DNA of 64,000 nucleotides from Syncephalis fuscata S228. Taxonomy: Eukaryota > Fungi > Zoopagomycota. The DNA lies in assembly GCA_025786725.1 (NCBI GenBank), contig JAHLTZ010000022.1, positions 1 to 64,000 on the forward strand, read 5' to 3'. Positions 55,576 through 64,000 of this stretch are shown piece by piece. The notes below the pieces were generated by a model, which was not told the origin of the DNA, did not search any database, and saw only the letters and a list, made by a program, of their open reading frames with translations. Numbering within the stretch: position 1 is the first letter of the stretch; each line of letters begins with the position of its first letter. The position numbers and the translations under genes are program-made.

Positions 55576-56836
55576 ATGTTACGACGCGTAGTCATGTCGA
55601 CTGTAGTGTCACGTCCACTGCTTGTCTCTAAACGGTTAACTACCGGTATTATGAGTGGCCAGCAGTATCATTGTTATACTGGTATGGGTCTACACTCTAA
55701 TGTACGCCCTAGTCTAGTTCGGCCAACACCGATGACAACAATGATGAAGCGTTACTATGCTGCTGACCCACAAGCTAACAAAGCACGAGCCAAATCATAT
55801 ATGGCGTAAGTAATACTCTATTAGAATAGATTAATTAACAATAGACTAACTACTATCAATATAAATATCAATATAATTGATGACATCTTAATAGTTATTT
55901 AACTGGAAAGCAACTGCTTTATTTGTAGGTACAGGTATTGGTTTATTCTGGTATTTCCGTTCAGAAAAGAAGAAAATAGAAGAGACACGTAAGTATTAGT
56001 TAATTAAATATTAAATATTGCCATAATAACATAATGTGAATAGGCAAAGAGCAATATGCTACCAAGAGTTACGGTAAACCAAAACTTGGTGGTCCATTTG
56101 AACTCGTTGATCATCATGGTGAAATACGATCTGATCGAGATTTTCTCGGTAAATATATGTTGGTCTATTTTGGATTTACGCATTGTCCGGATATTTGTCC
56201 CGAGGAACTTGATAAAATGGCTGAGGTTGTCGATGCACTCGGTAAGCAAATAGATTAATTATTGTTGTTGTTATATTGTTATGTTATTAATGTTATGCTT
56301 AGATAAAGTACCCAAATTAAAAGATGCGGTTGTTCCTGTATTCATTACATGTGATCCAAACGTGATACAGTAGAACGCGTACGTCGCTATGTTAAAGGTA
56401 ATTACATAGATGATAACGATATAGTATATTGTTATATACCATTATTATATATCCTATCTTTATTAATAACATCTTATTTTAATTAGAATTCCATCCTAAA
56501 ATGATTGGATTGACCGGTACACACGAACAAATAGCTCAAGTAGCCCGTGCCTATCGTGTCTACTATAGTAAACCACCCGATGCTCAAGAAGGAGAAGACT
56601 ATTTGGTTGATCATTCCATCTTCTTCTACTTGATGGATCCTCATGGCCAATTGGCAGACTTTTACGGCAAAGATTTCTCAGCTGAATATGTAGAGAAGAG
56701 TATTCAAAAACATATGAATGATTATTTGGCTACTACTAATGGTCAATGGGTGGATGTCTCTTCACCAGTAACACTGCCATCATCATCATCTTCATCATCC
56801 TCGGCTACAATGACTTCAAATAAATCGCCACAGTAA
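55576..56836 (+). CDS. SCO1: Mitochondrial copper chaperone for cytochrome c oxidase
   Basis: Presequence, TM helix, [40 protein letters not shown]; one A missing at 56358-56360. Confidence 0.95.
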
Positions 56837-56996
56837 TAATAAAGCCCGTTTTTTTCCGATATACTCCGGTTCATCCCGATTCACAGTGAATTACTAGAGC
56901 TATATTAGCGTTATAAACAACTTGTATTCTTTCTTTCGGTATCGACTGCTCATTCTGTTCTTTTCTATCTTTATTACTTATTGCTATAGCGTTGAA

Positions 56997-59430
56997 ATGT
57001 ATCGTGTCTTGCAATCTTCTGCGTCGGCGCGTGCCGTTTACAAGTCGATGTCGGTAAGTATTATATATATATCTATATATATATAGTTTGACAATACGTG
57101 CTATTTACTAATGCACTTGGTTATTATAGGCACGTCGCAATATTTCGTCTTCGCTGGCTGCTTTGGTAAGTTTACATGCATGTCTATAGTTGTGTTTGTG
57201 TAGTGTTTATTTATGGATCTATTAAAGATATGTATGGAGCATATATATATACAAGGGTGAATAGTGGCTGTTGTTGTCGCTCGTTGACGTCACTCCTTCT
57301 TTTTATACCTTCAATTTAAAATTGCTTCTTCGTCTCCTTTGTTGTTCTTTTTCTCTACGTTATTATTGCTGAATAACTGACTAACCAACACTACTATGGA
57401 TACTGCGACACAACAGCAACAATTTCGCGTGGAACGTGATACGTTCGGCGAATTAAAGGTGCCGGCCGACCGATACTGGGGCGCTCAAACTCAGCGGTAA
57501 CTATATTAGGCGTATGGAATAAAGTATTTGTATGCTTATTATGTTTTTGTTGGTCAGTTCTCTACAAAACTTTGATATTGGTGGTGATGCAGAGCGTATG
57601 CCTGAACCAGTTGTGCGTGCCTTTGGTATTGTAAAGCATGCTGCCGCACAGGTTAACTTGACCTATGGCATGGACGAACGTGTTGGCAATGCCATCATAC
57701 AAGCAGCTACAGAAGTAAGTATACCTTTTAGTTTATTTGAAATAGACATGTAGAATAGACCATTAACTAACTATATCCACTATATTGATAGGTATCTGAA
57801 GGCAAGCTGTTGGATCATTTCCCTCTAGTTGTTTTCCAAACTGGCTCTGGAACACAAAGTAACATGAATGCCAACGAGGTAAATAGTTATAATAATGAAA
57901 TCTAGTATAAATGAGTTATAACACACATTTATTTAAAGGTTATTTCTAATCGTGCTATTGAACTATTGGGCGGAGAGCTGGGCTCCAAGAAGCCGGTTCA
58001 TCCAAATGATCATGTCAATATGTCACAATCATCCAACGATACGTAAGTGTAAAACTTGTAAGGCTTATATCTACTTATACTATTGCTATTAGTTTCCCTA
58101 CGGTGATGCACGTGGCTGCCGCTACACAAATAGCTTACCGTCTTATTCCAGCAATGACCGAGCTACGTGATGAGCTGCAACACTGCTCAGAACGATTTGC
58201 TCATATTATAAAGATTGGCCGTACTCATTTGCAGGTAATTATTGTTAACTTATAGTCTTAATATGTGTAATTTTGTGTTTTATATTATTTAGGATGCAAC
58301 GCCATTGACTTTGGGCCAAGAATTCTCAGGCTACGTACAACAAATGTCCTATGGTATCGAGCGTATCCAGTCAACATTACCTCGTCTTTATCTATTGGCA
58401 CAAGGTGGTACAGCTGTGGGAACTGTAGGTATAGCAGCTATGCTGTATAGTAGTGTTAATGAATAGAATACTAATTTGTCTTAAATAGGGACTAAACACC
58501 CGTAAAGGATTTGATGAAAAGATTGCTAGTGCTGTAGCTGACTTGACTAAATTGCCATTCAAAACGGCACCAAACAAGGTAGGTTAGCTGCTGATATTCA
58601 TGGCGTTATTTATCAACCTACTAACCAATAATACTGCGGCTTGTAAAATAGTTTGAAGCATTGGCTGCTCATGACGCCATTGTTGAAGCTAGCGGTGCAT
58701 TGAACACTGTGGCTGTATCGTTGATGAAGATTGCCAACGATATCCGCCTACTAGGCAAGGTTATTGTAATTAACGATTGGAATGTGTGGCTAATGAATAT
58801 TGCTAACGAATAGGCTCGGGCCCACGTTGTGGCTTGGGAGAACTATTGTTGCCGGAGAATGAGCCTGGCTCTTCTATCATGCCTGGCAAGGTAAATCCCA
58901 CGCAGTGTGAAGCAGTTACCATGGTGTGTGCGCAAGTAATGGGCAACAACACGACTATTACCATTGCCGGCTCAAATGGACACTTTGAGGTAAGTAAACG
59001 GATATTCATGGTTAGTATTTACACTACTAATGCGCCACAGTTAAATGTGTTTAAACCAGTGATGATCAAGAATCTATTGTCATCTGTGCGCCTAATTGCC
59101 GATGCCTGCGACAGTTTCCGCAATAACTGTGTTGTTGGCATCCAAGCCAACGAAGAGCGCATTAGCGAAATTATGAACAAATCGCTTATGCTGGTCACTG
59201 CTCTGAATCCTCACATTGGCTATGACAGTAAGTGCAATATTAGTTTGTTTTATATGTGCGTATACTGATCAATGGGTTGTCTATTGTGTATAGATGCTGC
59301 TGCCGCTGCCAAAAAGGCTCACAAGGAAGGCACTACGCTTAAAGAGGCAGCTCTCTCCCTTAAGTTGCTTTCATCCGAAGAATTTGATGCTTGGGTCCGT
59401 CCCGAAAATATGATTGGCCCAAAGGCTTAA
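56997..59430 (+). CDS. FUM1: Fumarate hydratase class II with mitochondrial presequence
   Basis: [44 protein letters not shown], signature [15 protein letters not shown]; TAA 59428-59430. Confidence 0.97.
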
Positions 59431-59893
59431 TATTTTTTAGACAATAAAGAATAGCTTATGCACCTACTTAACATGCAATCACTAACTGATATACTAGCTA
59501 TTGAATAGCACTTGAGAATAATGGTGGATTATTTGGCCATAATGACGAATTTGTTCTATAACGGATTTAATTGCCTTGCTGTTTATCTTTAATAAGTTGT
59601 GCACGTGCTAATTCATCATGTTTTCCTTTATTCAGTCTACAGCGCCACATTTGTTCAATTCAATTTAATATAATTAAATTAATAACTGCTATACACATTT
59701 ACGTTTATTTTGATGTCATTGCCGAAATAAAACATAAGCACGTTTAAAATACCAATACATATATCTGCATGTGTTTGCTTGCAATAGTGACTAGCTCAGT
59801 ATTAAATGCAACACTTTTCCTGCTTTCTCCGTATTCTCAGCTTTATTATTTTGTCGCGTTTCTATAATATCAATTGAAAACATTATTGGTACC

Positions 59894-60732
59894 ATGTACT
59901 TTAAAAGTGGATTTATAAACTTTATTATTTATGCAATATTCGTACTAATAAGTGTAAAAATGCTATGGGCATTCCTGGTTTGGAGGTTTATCGAGTTGGA
60001 AGTGGGTATGGCACAGATTAATCGACTTATGACTAAAAATCATTTAGGATATCACGCGTTAAAGAGAGGTGCACACTTTAGATACCCCGGCCTTGAGATT
60101 AAAGAAAAGCTTCCTGAATCAACGCAACAATTATTATTTGCTTCTGGGACTCTTCGTGCTGATCACACTGTACAACAAGTATATATTACATGTGGTGAAG
60201 AGACGGCACCGATAAATACACTTTTATTTTACAAAGTAGCTTGCTTGCTTATAATAATGCATTTGGCAATACTAATTGTAGATGTTTTTGATAGGAGCTT
60301 TTACGGAGAAGCAATGCACAGGAGATTTCACGCAGCCTACGTAGATCAATTGCCATCCCAATAGGTACTTTCGCTGTAGCCGATTTACAATGCTATATTA
60401 CATTGGCTGAATGCAGTATAACATTGGAAGCTTATCGAGAACTCGCTAACTCATTCGATTTTCCTCAAATGGCTTTGATCCCATCTCTAAATCAATAGCA
60501 GAAGGTGAGTCGTTTAACAATGGTGAATATTAAACTAAATTTTATTTAGCTGTAGATTATGTTACATCGCTTGGATGGCTTACGAGTGTTAGTTCTTCGG
60601 TAAGCTAGTAGTATGAATATAAAAAATCTAACTACCCGTTATTTAGAAATATGTATCAATGTTGACGATCTAGGCCAGCATGTGTTTATGTTTGCGTTAA
60701 ATCCATTTATATTTGGGCATCAACCTCATTAA
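59894..60732 (+). CDS. Secreted/membrane-anchored kinase-like (pseudokinase-like) protein, paralog A
   Basis: Hydrophobic N-terminus; VYITCG, LFYK|EL, CYITLAEC, GW and EICINVDDLGQHVF shared with paralogs B and C; shared intron positions; one apparent frameshift at ~60495. Confidence 0.7.
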
Positions 60733-61173
60733 TATTAAATAAAATAAAATGCAATTATACTTGTGCAAGCATTGAAGTTATTTTACTGTTGAAACGCCGT
60801 CATAGTCGACTTTTGTGTCACAAGACTCCATGCTTTCAATTCGATAAAATAGCAAAGGATACTTATTGTGCAAGTCTTATCGTAGAAGACAGCGACACAT
60901 CAACAGTAGTTTTTTTTACAAATTGGGAACATTACTTTGAAGTAAAATACATGCTATTTCAAAAAACAGTCAACGGATATAGAAATTTGATTTGTTTCGC
61001 AGTTTAAAATAAGAAAATTGAATAAGTTGCGTACAAACTCGGAAAGATGAATGCGTGAAACATGCTGTTATTGTTCAAGTTAACGAGTATATAACTGACG
61101 CACATGTATATATGCAGCATCTCTTTTCATCTGCTTTTTTATTTTATTTTTTAGATACTAGACAGTACACATT

Positions 61174-62042
61174 ATGATGATTGGAAACAAGCTGACTTTG
61201 CTTACCTACATGGCACTCTTACTAGCCAATGCCAGTTATGTATTCGCTGGAATACCAGTATTTAGACCAGTACCTGAAATACCTTCACTAAAACCATCGC
61301 AAATCAGTATGTAAAGAAATAATACCAATTATTATTTGTACATGTTAACAACGATTTTTATGACTTTAACTTACCTAAATTCCAGAGTATGATGGGCTTC
61401 AGATTGTCCTTGCATATGAAAATCCCCACCGATCTGAACAAACTTTCTACGGAAAATTTAACTGGCCAAAGCCCAACAGCGGTGTCTATGTTACATGTGG
61501 AGATCAACGCTGGAAATCAAAAATACTTTTATTTTATGAGGTAGACTTTAAATATGGCTGATAAACTTTAATATTAAGTAGTATGCAATAGGATCTTATG
61601 ATAAAAAATCAAAGGGGTGAAATATCAACGGAAATGAAGCGACTTATTGCCATTCCGTATGTTTCTTTTAAGGTCAATGTAATGACATGCTACATTACAT
61701 CTGCCGAATGTAATGATACTTTGGGAGATTTTGAAAAAAGCGTCGTTCGTACAGGACAAGGCCAGGAAGCATTATTTTATCATATGGATGAAGCCAGTAA
61801 AGGTATGTAGGCTGCGGATTTGATGTGCTTTATTGACATACTATGTTTAGTTCAAACTAGAATGAGAGATTTTGGCTGGGAAACTCAGCCTGAACCAAGC
61901 CGTAAGTTGGAATGCAGTTTGTGCTTGATAAACTAACTGCTAGTTTCTAGATGTATGCTTAAACCTTGATGATAAAGGAAGGCACGTTTTTCTTTTTAAT
62001 GTCGATCCATTGATACTAAGACACAATACGAACAGTTCTTAG
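61174..62042 (+). CDS. Secreted kinase-like (pseudokinase-like) protein, paralog B
   Basis: Signal peptide MMIGNKLTLLTYMALLLANASYVFA; VYVTCGD, CYITSAECNDTL, GW, VCLNLDDKGRHVF; 5 exons. Confidence 0.75.
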
Positions 62043-62667
62043 TAGGCTTGCTTGGATCTTGTTCAATAGCAAATGTTCTATTGCTTTTTTAACAACAATA
62101 AAAGCAATAATTTGATAGATTAGCTCAACAAGTAATATAGCGTATTTAAATTGATACTTTATTCAAATGTATACTATATATTTATTTTGCCACTAAATTT
62201 GCTCATGTTTTATATATTATATTGAGGTTACTATTTACACAAATGATCAAATTAATACAAGGCAAAATCGATGAAGATCCATTAATTGTAGTAAAAAACT
62301 TATGAAGCAATCATAGCCACTTAAGCATAAGGGTAAGTATGGAAAGTTACTTATATAATCATCGATAGTACTGGCTATGGTAAATCCACTCGTCAGCGTT
62401 TAGAGCATTGTGTCGCTTAAACAATTGCCATGTATGTAATGCTATATTCAGCGCTGATGATTTGGATGGGTATAATTTTTTAAAGCGCACTACTTGGTAC
62501 AAATAAAGCCATAAACACGTGGTATGTTAGAAATGGACAATAATTTATTGCGAAAATTGCAAAAAAAATACAAACATTAATGAACTTTTTTACATTTAAT
62601 AGTTAATTTTTTAAATAAAGTGTAATCTAAACGCTTTGATATAAGCAATAAACAATCAATATCCGCC

Positions 62668-63532
62668 ATGATTATGCCAAGTACAGTTATTGCCGTTGCT
62701 ACTGCCGTCTGTGCGACATTTTTAGTGGTTAATATCAGCTATGTCTCTGCTATGCCTGGCATACCTACACTATCATATTCATTAAACTATATCAGTATGT
62801 ATATAAGCAAATAAATATAATACTTGGTAGTAATTAACATTTATTATCTTTTATATTATTTTATTCAAGATCAAGAATATAATGGGCTCAAGGTTACAAA
62901 AGAATATAGAAATAGACATACAGCAGAAAGGTTTTTTTCTGGACATCTTAATGATGGAAGATTCAATAATCCTGTCTACGTTACATGTGGAGATGAAAGC
63001 GACAAAGAAGCAGAAACCATTTTATTTTATAAGGTAGGCTATTATTGGCGTGTTTACAAAAACCAGTGCTAAACCTTTTAATAGGATCTTATGCAAAAGA
63101 ATAGGGCAAATCTGCTTGCACCTATATTGAAACGGTATATTGCCATTCCATACGCATCTTTTAAGGTTGAAAAGATGACATGCTACATTACATCCGGTGA
63201 ATGTCGCGATAATTTGGTTGACTATCAATCACGCACTTTAGTTTCAGAAAATGGTGTTCAGCGTTTTATGCTTCATATGAATGTCATTTTAGCTGGTATG
63301 TAAATGACATGTCTAATATTGTAAATTAACAAGTTTGCCTTAGTTCGTCAGCAGATAATAAATCTTGGATGGAGTGCTCAAGCTGCGAGTAAAGGTAAAT
63401 ATTGAGCTGTATTACTAGTTAGCAAATCTAACTATTTGATACTTAGACATTTGTGTGAATGTTGATGCGGAAGGTGATCATGCATTCCTTTATGCTTTTG
63501 ATCCATTCAAGCTTACCAATGGTGTTATTTAA
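62668..63532 (+). CDS. Secreted kinase-like (pseudokinase-like) protein, paralog C
   Basis: Signal peptide MIMPSTVIAVATAVCATFLVVNISYVSA; VYVTCGD, CYITSGECRDNL, GW, ICVNVDAEGDHAF; same 5-exon structure as B. Confidence 0.75.
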
Positions 63533-63622
63533 ATTTAAATTTAGATTTATTATTAAAAATGAATAAAATAATATATATAGAAACATTGAGCGCAATAAAC
63601 ATCATACAGGCTACTTGGTTGT

Positions 63623-64000
63623 TTAATCGTAGTCGTTGTATTCATCATATCCATAGTCTGGCATTTCATCGTCATCTTCCTCTTCATCTTCATCTTCATC
63701 GTATTCCTCCTCTTCCTCTTCCTCCTCTTCCACTGCTGCTGCTGCTGCTGTTGCTGTTGTTGTTTCCTTTCCATCTGGTGTACTGGTTGTTGATTGCTGT
63801 TGCTGCTGACTAGTAGTCAATTCATCTACAGACGATTTGTTACTATCAGGTGATGCTACTAATGCTGCTCCTTCCGTAATATATGGTTTAACCGGTTCTA
63901 CTCCAGGTTCTTCAACCACCTCATACTTAATTGGGAATGCCATTTCTGTCTCTTCTTTTTCTATGGCTGTTGGCTCATCATCAAATAACGCATCAATCAC
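63623..64000 (-). CDS. 3' end of a gene with a highly acidic C-terminal tail (partial)
   Basis: Open frame from the window edge to the stop at 63623; poly-E/D tail; family not identifiable. Confidence 0.6.
   Translation of the reverse strand: MIDALFDDEPTAIEKEETEMAFPIKYEVVEEPGVEPVKPYITEGAALVASPDSNKSSVDELTTSQQQQQSTTSTPDGKETTTATAAAAAVEEEEEEEEEYDEDEDEEEDDDEMPDYGYDEYNDYD

Overview
AT-rich, intron-dense eukaryotic DNA from a fungus. The short GT-AG introns with CTAAY branch sites, the gene set and the lineage-specific families suggest an early-diverging, possibly Zoopagomycota/Syncephalis-like mycoparasite (inference). About 22 protein genes are present. Conserved or recognisable ones are a Yap-type bZIP, ADP1, an STK32/YANK-like kinase, a J-protein, two alpha/beta hydrolases, MOD5, XRN1, CMC1, YEA4, EAF, DHR2/DHX33, SCO1 and FUM1. 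Accessory ones are F-box-like genes, a decayed multi-TM gene and three tandem secreted kinase-like paralogs. The standout is 38634-41895, which looks like an ~80-bp tandem repeat and has no long ORF. It parses as one gene: a signal/pro-peptide exon, then 33 micro-exons (30 of 3 nt, 2 of 6 nt, 1 apparently 1 nt) separated by 34 paralogous phase-1 introns, i.e. about one codon per exon. Spliced by hand it gives a Kex2-processed 35-aa, 8-Cys cationic peptide (MSYADCDACF[K]RCRSNYGRWVKCAPKCQYCKCETC), with the stop codon split across the last intron. A tRNA-derived SINE with a perfect 15-bp TSD sits in one intron, and a 3x~237-bp repeat lies upstream. A long-TIR MITE is at 1730-2274. Conserved genes carry single-base homopolymer deletions, so frameshifts alone are probably assembly errors rather than evidence of pseudogenes.
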